Source: an uncultured bacterium
GTDB lineage: Bacteria; CSSED10-310; CAZUFC01
DNA length: 19,346 bases
Direction: 5' to 3'
Assembly (NCBI GenBank): GCA_964619725.1
Contig: CAZUFC010000142.1
Coordinates: forward strand, 1 to 19,346
Below the pieces are notes generated by a model. The model had not been told where the DNA came from. It saw only the letters and a list, made by a program, of their open reading frames with translations, and ran no database searches. The position numbers were made by a program, and so were the translations under genes. Of this stretch, positions 1-7,764 are shown in pieces (the first letter of the stretch is position 1; every line of letters starts with the position of its first letter).

Positions 1-87
1 ATATTGAATTTAAATAGTTTTGAAATGTTTGTTTTTGCTCGATTGTCCAATTTTAGAGATGCTGCTCAACTAATTGAATTTAAATGA
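1..87 (+). CDS. Possible 3' end of an upstream gene, truncated by the window edge (ILNLNSFEMFVFARLSNFRDAAQLIEFK*)
   Basis: Frame 1 is open from base 1 to TGA at 85-87. This stop overlaps the ATG of the next ORF as ATGA (84-87), the usual translational-coupling arrangement. Too short to identify. Confidence 0.35.
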   Translation: MLNLNSFEMFVFARLSNFRDAAQLIEFK

Positions 88-563
88 CTTTAAATTTTGC
101 CTTAACGAAGTCTGACATTACGTCTTTCGGCCTTCTTTTCATTTCTTCCTTATTTTATGTGGCTAAGACGATTCATAAAACGGTCAAGGTTCAGAATTCT
201 TCCTCCGGATATAAAACGACGGCGTCAAGTCAAACGCTGAAAGAAACTAAAGTACCGAGTTTTTTTTCCCTGTTTCTTAAAACAGTAAATTCAAAATTCA
301 ATGCGAGAAGTTACAGTTGGTTCGTTTTCATAATCACCTTTTGCTGCATGTTAGCTTCCTCATTCCGTATAAAACAGGTTGAGTCGAAGGAATTATTTTT
401 TATGTTCTATGCTGCTCCCTTAACCGTTGCTATTGCAGCCGTAATGCTTTACTTTACAACTGAAAGAAAAAAGAAAACTTCTGGAGCAACTATAGTGATG
501 CAGATTTTTCCTTTTATTTTCTCTCTACTGGAGATTTTATTTATATATTCTTTACCACAGTAG
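84..563 (+). CDS. Hypothetical integral membrane protein (159 aa, about 4 hydrophobic segments)
   Basis: Hydrophobic stretches FGLLFISSLFYVA, WFVFIITFCCMLA, LFFMFYAAPLTVAIAAVMLYF and IVMQIFPFIFSLLEILFIY, separated by Lys-rich loops. ATGA overlap with the upstream frame. No family recognised. Confidence 0.6.
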   Translation: MTLNFALTKSDITSFGLLFISSLFYVAKTIHKTVKVQNSSSGYKTTASSQTLKETKVPSFFSLFLKTVNSKFNARSYSWFVFIITFCCMLASSFRIKQVESKELFFMFYAAPLTVAIAAVMLYFTTERKKKTSGATIVMQIFPFIFSLLEILFIYSLPQ

Positions 564-587
564 AATATTCTCGGAGGAATTGATCTT

Positions 588-725
588 ATGACGTCAAATA
601 ATGTTTCTGAAGAAGAATCAACGGATAATGGAAATGACGGTGGTCTAATCAGTCTTGTCTTCCCATTTTTTATTATGATTATATCCTTATTGATCTTACT
701 CAAACAATTACAAATTTTCAGTTAA
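588..725 (+). CDS. Small single-pass membrane protein, 45 aa (MTSNNVSEEESTDNGNDGGLISLVFPFFIMIISLLILLKQLQIFS); absent from the ORF track
   Basis: Shine-Dalgarno GGAGGA at 573-578, 9 nt before ATG 588; TAA at 723-725. Acidic N-terminus followed by a 19-residue hydrophobic helix. Confidence 0.6.
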   Translation: MTSNNVSEEESTDNGNDGGLISLVFPFFIMIISLLILLKQLQIFS

Positions 726-800
726 AACAAGTCGATGGCCTGACCGGAATTTCTCCCTTTTTGTTTTTTCCAAAAATTGCGTTTAAAATCATCGTTGCAC

Positions 801-828
801 TTGACAAAGCACAAATTTTGAATATTAT
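801..828 (+). promoter_or_regulatory. Sigma70-type promoter for the downstream operon
   Basis: Perfect -35 TTGACA (801-806), 16-bp spacer, -10 TATTAT (823-828; 5/6 match to TATAAT), A/T tracts upstream. Lies in the 726-886 intergenic gap, about 60 nt before oppD. Confidence 0.65.
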
Positions 829-886
829 TGATTAGACTTAATCGCTCGTTTGTGGGATTGGCAATGATATATTCCCGGTGGTATTG

Positions 887-2041
887 ATGGTTCAAAAAAT
901 TTTTCAGAAATCTTCAGAGATTAATTCTTCAAAGGTTTTAGAAGTTAAAGATTTAAAGGTTTACTATCATGACCAAAAGACGTCTGTTTTCACTCGTGCC
1001 GTGGACGGTGTTGGATTCTTAGTCGGAAAAGGAGATTGTTTCGCGATAGTCGGCGAATCCGGAAGCGGGAAAAGTACAACGGCTCATTGTTTACTCGGGC
1101 TCATCGAAGGCGTACCCGGCATTATTGATGGAGAAATTTATTATTATCCTTCACAGGATGATAAGGATTCGAAAAGAAATGCCGTTAATCTTCTTGAAGG
1201 CTTGTCGAAATTCACACGATACTATGATTATTCTGCGAAGAAAAATGGAAGGAAGGGCTTTATTATAAAGAAAAACAACAAGGCCTGGCAGAAGTTTTTT
1301 AGAAACAGGATGGAGAGTTATCTGGGCGAGCATTTTTCAATGATTTTCCAGGAGCATGTAGGAGCTCTTAATCCCATGCTGACAGTTGGCGAGCATTTAG
1401 AAGAAGTGATTAGAAACCGTCAGAGAAATGCAACGAAAAAAGATATCCAAAATGAGATGAAAAAATGGATGGATGAAATAAACCTTGATCCTTGCATAGT
1501 GGACTCATTTCCCGAAGAGTTATCCGGCGGTATGAGTCAGAGGATCATGACGGCTTTAGCCTTGGCTAACGAGCCTTGCGTGTTGATTTCTGATGAAGCG
1601 ACGACTAATCTTGATGCCGTTACATCGAAACTGATCCTTAATTTAATATTTCGGAAGCAGAAGGAACGGAATGCCTGCACTGTCTTGATATCACATGATC
1701 TTTCTCAGGTGGAGGATTATGCTGACGAGATAATGATTATGCTGAAAGGAAAGGCAGTAGAAATCGGGAGAAGGAGTCCTTTTCATCCAGAAAATCCCTA
1801 TTGGCAGCATCCTTACACACAATTTCTCATAAGGGAATATTATAAAAACCGGGTAGACAAGGTGGATTCAGAGCTTTATTTAAGAGACGGGGGGATGAAT
1901 GAGGAGGAAGGAGCTTGTCCTTTTTACGACAAACATTTGCGACTTGAACCAGGACTTTGTTGTCCCGGTAAAAATGAATTGCCTGAACTGAGGGAAACGG
2001 GTCCTGGTCATTTCACAAGATGTTTCAGTATTGGCGAATAA
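887..2041 (+). CDS. oppD: Oligopeptide/dipeptide ABC transporter ATP-binding protein, OppD/DppD family
   Basis: Walker A GESGSGKS, Q-loop SMIFQE, LNP..TVG, signature ELSGGMSQR, Walker B LISDE, H-loop ISHDL, C-terminal HPYT and Cys-rich tail (CPF...CC...GHFTRC). Start taken as ATG 887 (GGTGG at 877-881); the ORF track starts at GTG 878. The symbol is family-level; dppD fits equally well. Confidence 0.93.
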   Translation: MVQKIFQKSSEINSSKVLEVKDLKVYYHDQKTSVFTRAVDGVGFLVGKGDCFAIVGESGSGKSTTAHCLLGLIEGVPGIIDGEIYYYPSQDDKDSKRNAVNLLEGLSKFTRYYDYSAKKNGRKGFIIKKNNKAWQKFFRNRMESYLGEHFSMIFQEHVGALNPMLTVGEHLEEVIRNRQRNATKKDIQNEMKKWMDEINLDPCIVDSFPEELSGGMSQRIMTALALANEPCVLISDEATTNLDAVTSKLILNLIFRKQKERNACTVLISHDLSQVEDYADEIMIMLKGKAVEIGRRSPFHPENPYWQHPYTQFLIREYYKNRVDKVDSELYLRDGGMNEEEGACPFYDKHLRLEPGLCCPGKNELPELRETGPGHFTRCFSIGE

Positions 2042-2042
2042 A

Positions 2043-2921
2043 ATGAAAAACCGCGTTTTCGACATATTGACGATTGAACGCTTATGCAAATCATTTCCCC
2101 GCGTGATTTACAGCGACACGTTCCGGCAACGATCGATTAAAAATCATCATGCCGTTCGAAACGTTGACCTTTCGATAAGGAGAGGGGAATTTCTCGGATT
2201 AATCGGAGAAAGCGGAAGCGGAAAAACGACATTGGGACGTTTGATAGTGAGGCTAGAAGAGCCTGACGAAGGCAGGATATACTTTAATCACCAAAATATA
2301 TCGTATTACTCAACGCGACTTTTTCGTAAAGCGTTCAGCAGAAAGATACAACTGGTTTTCCAGAATCCCGAAGCAGCTTTAAATCCCGGTCAAAAGGCAG
2401 GTGAGGGAATACGCGACCTTATAGAATTGCATTATCCTGATCTAACCTCCGGTGAAACAAGAAAACAAACGATCAAACTTATTGAATCCGTAAGACTTCA
2501 TCCCGCTGAAAAATACTATCATAAGTATCCGCACCAATTGAGCGGGGGCGAAAAAAGACGACTCAGCCTGACCAGAGCCCTGGCCGTTGACCCGGACTTA
2601 TTGATAATCGATGAGCCTGCGGCGGAATTGGACCCTGCGGATCAGAACCTGGTCATCAACATTTTACGTGAATTGAGGAGAGAAAGAGATAAACAAAAAT
2701 TTCCTGTTTCCTCTTTGATTATTTCTCATGATTTGGGCATAATTAAGAAGATATGCGACAGCATTGCCGTTATGCACAAGGGGGAAATAATTGAAAAAAA
2801 CAGTAAAAGCCGATTGCTTCAGAATCCGATTGATCCGTACACGATTAAATTACTCGAAGCGTCGCTCTTGAAAAACTCTTTCAATACAGACGATTATTCA
2901 TTTAAACTAAACTTCGACTGA
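2043..2921 (+). CDS. oppF: Oligopeptide/dipeptide ABC transporter ATP-binding protein, OppF/DppF family (short form, no Cys tail)
   Basis: AVRNVDL, Walker A GLIGESGSGKTTLGR, IQLVFQNP..ALNP, YPHQLSGGEKRR, Walker B LIIDEP, ISHDL, P.DPYT..LL. ATG 2043 is 1 nt after the oppD stop (ORF track start is TTG 2031). Family-level symbol. Confidence 0.93.
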   Translation: MKNRVFDILTIERLCKSFPRVIYSDTFRQRSIKNHHAVRNVDLSIRRGEFLGLIGESGSGKTTLGRLIVRLEEPDEGRIYFNHQNISYYSTRLFRKAFSRKIQLVFQNPEAALNPGQKAGEGIRDLIELHYPDLTSGETRKQTIKLIESVRLHPAEKYYHKYPHQLSGGEKRRLSLTRALAVDPDLLIIDEPAAELDPADQNLVINILRELRRERDKQKFPVSSLIISHDLGIIKKICDSIAVMHKGEIIEKNSKSRLLQNPIDPYTIKLLEASLLKNSFNTDDYSFKLNFD

Positions 2922-2923
2922 TA

Positions 2924-4420
2924 ATGGCGTTTGAAATATTTAAGAAACCGGTTACTCTCCTTTTGATTTTAATGCTCTTATGCCTTGTATTTCTTCCCGT
3001 CGTTGAATCAAACCTGGATGAAGAAGATTTCTTAATGGTCTTCTTTGAAACATTGCGGTTGCCCGTATTGGGAAGGAACCTGAGAATCAAGGTGGGACTT
3101 TTCCATCCTGAAGGATTTGTCGCAGAATCCATCAGGATAATCAATCCGGAATTTAAGTGTGAAAGCATAAACTTATCTCATATTCATCGTGATGTGCTTG
3201 ATGTAGAATATTTCACGGGCATAATTCCAGAAGAATGTTTGACTCTGGGAGAAAACGCTTTCACAATTATCGCCGAAATTAAAAACGGCAGCAAACCTGT
3301 GCGCAAGAAATTGCCTTCTTTTTCTATTTCCAATGAAATTATTTTTTTGACTGAATTCCCTGCAGAACAAGTTTTTAAACTTAATGTCGAGGCGGATATT
3401 TATTCTAAGAATGGCATTTCAAGAATTCAGATATATGTTCGCCGTCAAAACAAACTTGATCTGGAAATTTTTGAAATGAAAGTATCGGCCTCTTCAGGCG
3501 GATTCCGATATAAGGCGCGAGGAGAAATAGGACATTCGTTGTTGAACGGGCCGATTGCCGAACTTTTCATTATGTTCTTCGATCGCGACTGGAATGGTCC
3601 GTTTGAATCAGAACACGTTTTTCTTAAAGGCGCAGCCCGTGATATTGAAATCTGTTTTTATCTTACTGACGAATCCGGTAAACCGATTATTGATTGCACT
3701 ATTCAAGTCGACGATCAAATTTTTCGTTCTAGTGATACTCTGGGAAGACATACTCTTGTTTGTCAGTCCAGGTCAGCACACGAAAAATTACATTTTACCG
3801 TAAAAGCAATCAATCACCTTCCAAAAACCGTAACTGTTCCCATCAGCATAAATCAAAATTCTTACTTACTGGATGAAGACCTCCGATTGCAGAGAGTTCC
3901 GTTACAGTTGAAGATCGATGTTTTCGATCAAAGCGGCAATCCCATTCCGGGCGCTTACGTTCAAGTTACAGACAGAAACGAAAATAAAAATTTCAATCAG
4001 ACGACAGATCGTAACGGATATTGCGAATTCATTCTCTCCTTTGAAAATTATAAAGATATCATTCTGGAAATAGATGCCCTGGGATTCGATGCAATAAGCG
4101 ACAAAGTTGATCTCAATGACGATATTCTGATTCAAAAAGATTATTATTTACCGGATGCATCACCCCTGGAAAGAATCTTCCTTTTTAAAGTCGTCGACAG
4201 TAATGGCAATAAGATCAGAAAAGTCAAAGTTTTTATTAACGGAAAACGTCTCGGAAAAACGAATGACAGAGGCATGTTAAATAAAAAAATCAGCTTTGCA
4301 GAAGGCGAAGAAATTTCGATCGAGTTTATACGAAAAAAATACATGAAGAAAGAAATTCTATTTATGATTGATGAAGAGTTGAACATACCGATTGCGGTGT
4401 GCTTGGAATCGAAAAAATGA
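2924..4420 (+). CDS. Exported or membrane-anchored protein with three C-terminal carboxypeptidase-regulatory/PEGA-like beta-sandwich repeats
   Basis: N-terminal KK + hydrophobic helix (VTLLLILMLLCLVFLPVV). Repeats LTDESGKPIIDCTIQV..SDTLG, VFDQSGNPIPGAYVQV..TTDRNG and VVDSNGNKIRKVKVFINGKRLGKTNDRG fit the V-D-x-x-G-x-P-I-x-x-A-x-V...T-D-x-x-G pattern. Starts 2 nt after the oppF stop. Confidence 0.8.
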   Translation: MAFEIFKKPVTLLLILMLLCLVFLPVVESNLDEEDFLMVFFETLRLPVLGRNLRIKVGLFHPEGFVAESIRIINPEFKCESINLSHIHRDVLDVEYFTGIIPEECLTLGENAFTIIAEIKNGSKPVRKKLPSFSISNEIIFLTEFPAEQVFKLNVEADIYSKNGISRIQIYVRRQNKLDLEIFEMKVSASSGGFRYKARGEIGHSLLNGPIAELFIMFFDRDWNGPFESEHVFLKGAARDIEICFYLTDESGKPIIDCTIQVDDQIFRSSDTLGRHTLVCQSRSAHEKLHFTVKAINHLPKTVTVPISINQNSYLLDEDLRLQRVPLQLKIDVFDQSGNPIPGAYVQVTDRNENKNFNQTTDRNGYCEFILSFENYKDIILEIDALGFDAISDKVDLNDDILIQKDYYLPDASPLERIFLFKVVDSNGNKIRKVKVFINGKRLGKTNDRGMLNKKISFAEGEEISIEFIRKKYMKKEILFMIDEELNIPIAVCLESKK

Positions 4421-4752
4421 AACTTTATTTTAAGAGAAGTCATCTGGGAACTGATCAAACATTGATTACAATTTTTATCCCCAAAAAAATCGGCCTATTG
4501 AAATCCCTATTAAAGAGAGAAACAGATACGGTAATGTCGATTCGAGTCGCTTGCGACGAAGTATGGACATTAGCGTATCAGGGATTGTTTGTCTCACCAT
4601 GGAAAAGGAATATCATATTGACCGTCCTAAATCTGTTCAGCCTCCTGCAGATATCTGACCGCGCACATTGTAACCTCGAAAAACGACTGTTTGATCAATA
4701 CCTTCCCCTGTCAAACAATTTCTTAAAGGAGAATCAGAATGAATTCTTATAA
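4417..4752 (+). CDS. Hypothetical protein (111 aa from ATG 4417); may instead be an intergenic spacer
   Basis: ATG overlaps the upstream stop as ATGA (4417-4420). The ORF fills the gap exactly and overlaps the next gene by 14 nt. No signal peptide or motif recognised. Confidence 0.4.
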   Translation: MKLYFKRSHLGTDQTLITIFIPKKIGLLKSLLKRETDTVMSIRVACDEVWTLAYQGLFVSPWKRNIILTVLNLFSLLQISDRAHCNLEKRLFDQYLPLSNNFLKENQNEFL

Positions 4753-5473
4753 AATCGTTTGTGCTGTTTTGCTTGTTCTAATCGTCAACGTCGGCTGCAA
4801 GAGTCAGCTTCAAAGAAAAATGCTGATAAGGAAAAACATTGAATTATCCTTGATTGAATTGGATGAGAACGGCAACGAGGTTAAAGAGATTATAACAGAC
4901 TCAGAACCGGTAACTTACAACTTGCCTGAAACATTATATTTCAAATTACTTCTGGAAAATAACCATGCAAAAAAGAAGTTCAAAAAATTATGGGTCGATT
5001 TGTATTTACCCAATTGCTTTGTTTATTCGTATAACTCTGAAAACCTTGATTCAACCTTGCTAAACAAAGAAGCGCATGAAAAAAAAATCGATACGGAATG
5101 GGTCCTGACCTGGCCTGTCGGCAAGGTAAATCCTGAAGAATCAGACGCTCTGATATTTCAGATAACGGGCTCTGAGTTGTACGATCACATTATCAGCAAT
5201 AAAAACAAAATCGTGCCGGTCACCGTTTATTTAAAACGAGGAAAAAAGTTAGACGTTGACAAAGAGGAATATAGAATACATTCATTCGTGACAGTAGTCA
5301 CTCCTCCAACTTTGTCTCAAATGGATGACCCTGATCTATCGGATGCGCCAACGGAGAAAATAACAGCGCCTACCATAAACACCGCTGCTTCAGGTGAGGA
5401 TGAAGTTCAAGGCGATGAAGCCAATGAAATGGAAGTTCAAACTGAAGAAAAAAATGAAAATTTCGTTTATTGA
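4739..5473 (+). CDS. Lipoprotein with a DUF11-like (Ig-like conserved repeat) domain and an acidic low-complexity tail
   Basis: RBS AAGGAG just upstream. Signal MNSYKIVCAVLLVLIVNVG|C20 (lipobox-like). ETLYFKLLLENN..LWVDLYLPNCFVY...LTWPVGKVNPEESDALIFQI follows the DUF11 pattern. Tail rich in P/T/D/E. Confidence 0.8.
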   Translation: MNSYKIVCAVLLVLIVNVGCKSQLQRKMLIRKNIELSLIELDENGNEVKEIITDSEPVTYNLPETLYFKLLLENNHAKKKFKKLWVDLYLPNCFVYSYNSENLDSTLLNKEAHEKKIDTEWVLTWPVGKVNPEESDALIFQITGSELYDHIISNKNKIVPVTVYLKRGKKLDVDKEEYRIHSFVTVVTPPTLSQMDDPDLSDAPTEKITAPTINTAASGEDEVQGDEANEMEVQTEEKNENFVY

Positions 5474-5529
5474 ACAGGAACCGGGAAAAACCTTAAACGT
5501 TTTCCTTTAGGATCAACCAGGAGTAAACA

Positions 5530-7764
5530 ATGAAAAATCGTTATCGCGTTATTCTAATTTATCTCTTTTGTATGGCCCTGATCTCATGCGAATCACCAAA
5601 CGAATTAAATTTTAAAATAACCGTTTATGATGAGAGTCAGAATCCGTTGTCTGATGTAACCGCAAGAGTAAACGGCATTCCTCTCGACGGCGTATCAGAC
5701 AGCTCTGGCGAATTGATTTCCTCAGTCAAAATTAAACCCGCCGATTTTTTACATTTCTCCACTTTCAAAAAGGGTTATGAAACGGCAGAAAAAAAGATCA
5801 GAATGGAAATAAACAAGTCGCTTTATGCTTCTACTTTCCTCATGAAAAAAACTGGCTATCGCATAAATTTAACTCTCAGAGCTCGAGATGAAGAAGGAAA
5901 TATAAGTCCTCTGACCAATGCGGATTTATTTGTCGCGGGTGAAAAAAAAGGTTCGACTGGCTTTGACGGGAAATTTCTTCTGTTTATTAACGACCTCGGA
6001 AAAAAAAATATAGATTTATTCGTTAACCATCCTTCATTTGTTGAAACTTTTGAACAGAATATCCCGCTTAATATTGAACAGTCATCATACGATAAAGAAA
6101 TCATTTTGGATGTTTATCCCGCCAGGAATTTTTATTTTCGATTTCGTAATAATAAAGCTGAACCTGTTGAGAGGCAAAAAATTATTATTTCTGACAAAGA
6201 GTTGTTTACTGATGAAGAAGGAAAAGCAGAAACAAGCATTCCGATTAAAAGCGGAGAAAAAATAGAAATTCAGTTTCCTGATTCGTCGATTTGTATGCCG
6301 AACTCCCGGACTATCTCAATTGAAAAGGATAAAGCCGATTATGATTTTAGCTTTACGCAAGGAGAGCCAGTCAGTGTTTCCCTATCCGTTTCCAATTATG
6401 AGACGGGCGCTCCTGTCGATGGGATTGAAATTAAAATAGTGAATAACCAAAGAACAATAGGTTTTACGAATGAGAACGGAGAACTTGAAAAAAGCGTGCT
6501 TTGTTTATGGGGAACGTTACCGGATGTGTTGAACATTGAAATGAATAAAAGAGGTTTTTTACCGACTACAGGGAAACTGGTTAATGCGGGAGAATTTTCA
6601 TATCGAGGAGCGTTTTCTGTCCGTCGTGCGCTTTTATTGTCTTTAGATGTAGCCTATGGAACGAATAACGGCAATGATCGTATTCCGGTTAGCGGCGCTG
6701 TCGTCAATGTAATAGGCAATTCAGGCGTAATCGAAGCTGAAACGGATAAAAACGGTAAATTTGAGAAAATACTCCCTGAAGAAGGATTTTATACTATAAA
6801 AGTTTATGATCGAAAAACTTCACAACAATATGAAGAGGTTATTAACATCGGGGAGGAAAAAACAGGTGTGCTGAGCATAACATTCAGCGCTGAATCTGCT
6901 GATCTGAGAATCGTAGCCCTTGACTCTGAAAACGAATCTGAAATTAATGGGATTTTCAGGCTTCTCGACAGCAACGGGGAAATTCAGCATACAGGAGTGT
7001 TAAACGAAAAAAAACCTTCACAGGTAAAAACCGGTTCGTATATCCTGATTATTGATTCAGAAGAATACAGCAATTATCAACAATTTGTCGATATTTCGGG
7101 TGACCGAGTCATTGAAGTAAAATTGTACAGGGATTACATAAAAAAAGGTCGAATATTGATCAACAATGATGAAGCGAAAAAAGCGCTCAGCGAGTTTAAC
7201 AAGGTAACGGAAAATAATGCAGAATACCCAAAGGCTCAATATTTTATGGCGATTTGTCATTTAAAGATGTCTGAAGAAACGGTTGTCGAAGAGGATAGAA
7301 AGACTCACGAAAAAGCGGCTCAAAGACATATACAGAATGCAATTACTCATGATAATGAACAGAATCCCAAATATTATCTCATTCTGTCGCGTTGCCATAT
7401 CAAGAAGGGCTATTATCCGGATGCCCTGGAAAGTTTAAAAGCAGCAAAAAGCAACCTCAAAAAAATTCCTGTTAAATCAAATGAAGCGATGAATTCTCAA
7501 GACGGTTATCGCGCTCAGATAATACTCTGGCAAGCATGGTGTCATGCATCAATGTCATCAAAGGACATTGCAAAAGTCAAAGATTGGGAGAAAGCTTCAA
7601 AATTCTACCAAGAGTATGAGTCTGTTTGCAATGACAATCAGAAGGTTGCCCGAGATGAGATGATTAACAGCCTGGCTACGGATGTAAAAACATTGATTGA
7701 AAAAGTTAAACAAGAGATGGACGAACAGAAGATTAACGAACAGGATATGGATGAAGAAACTTAA
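5530..7764 (+). CDS. Lipoprotein with 5-6 tandem carboxypeptidase-regulatory/PEGA-like beta-sandwich domains and C-terminal TPR repeats
   Basis: RBS AGGAG at 5519-5523. Lipobox LIS|C20. Repeats VYDESQNPLSDV..SDSSG, RDEEGNISPLTNA..TGFDG, RNNKAEPV..TDEEG, NYETGAPVDG..TNENG, PVSGAVV..TDKNG. TPR-like helices AQYFMAICHLKM and YYLILSRCHIKKGYYPDALESLKAA. Confidence 0.85.
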   Translation: MKNRYRVILIYLFCMALISCESPNELNFKITVYDESQNPLSDVTARVNGIPLDGVSDSSGELISSVKIKPADFLHFSTFKKGYETAEKKIRMEINKSLYASTFLMKKTGYRINLTLRARDEEGNISPLTNADLFVAGEKKGSTGFDGKFLLFINDLGKKNIDLFVNHPSFVETFEQNIPLNIEQSSYDKEIILDVYPARNFYFRFRNNKAEPVERQKIIISDKELFTDEEGKAETSIPIKSGEKIEIQFPDSSICMPNSRTISIEKDKADYDFSFTQGEPVSVSLSVSNYETGAPVDGIEIKIVNNQRTIGFTNENGELEKSVLCLWGTLPDVLNIEMNKRGFLPTTGKLVNAGEFSYRGAFSVRRALLLSLDVAYGTNNGNDRIPVSGAVVNVIGNSGVIEAETDKNGKFEKILPEEGFYTIKVYDRKTSQQYEEVINIGEEKTGVLSITFSAESADLRIVALDSENESEINGIFRLLDSNGEIQHTGVLNEKKPSQVKTGSYILIIDSEEYSNYQQFVDISGDRVIEVKLYRDYIKKGRILINNDEAKKALSEFNKVTENNAEYPKAQYFMAICHLKMSEETVVEEDRKTHEKAAQRHIQNAITHDNEQNPKYYLILSRCHIKKGYYPDALESLKAAKSNLKKIPVKSNEAMNSQDGYRAQIILWQAWCHASMSSKDIAKVKDWEKASKFYQEYESVCNDNQKVARDEMINSLATDVKTLIEKVKQEMDEQKINEQDMDEET

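Noticed and set aside
3-85. 13-bp direct repeat ATTGAATTTAAAT at 3-15 and 73-85
   Set aside because: Almost all A/T, only two copies, and probably within coding sequence; too little for a CRISPR or operator call.
561-563. TAG as a pyrrolysine or genome-wide reassigned codon
   Set aside because: TAG ends oppB (11531-11533) and oppC (12609-12611) at their family-typical C-termini, with the next gene immediately after, so TAG behaves as a normal stop.
449-703. 84-aa minus-strand ORF
   Set aside because: Exact antisense shadow of the 84-563 and 588-725 frame; the + strand has the RBS and sensible TM helices.
5484-5508. GGAAAA...TTTTCC hairpin followed by TTT between the two lipoprotein genes
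   Set aside because: Six-bp mostly A-U stem, 10-nt loop and short U tract; too weak to call a terminator.
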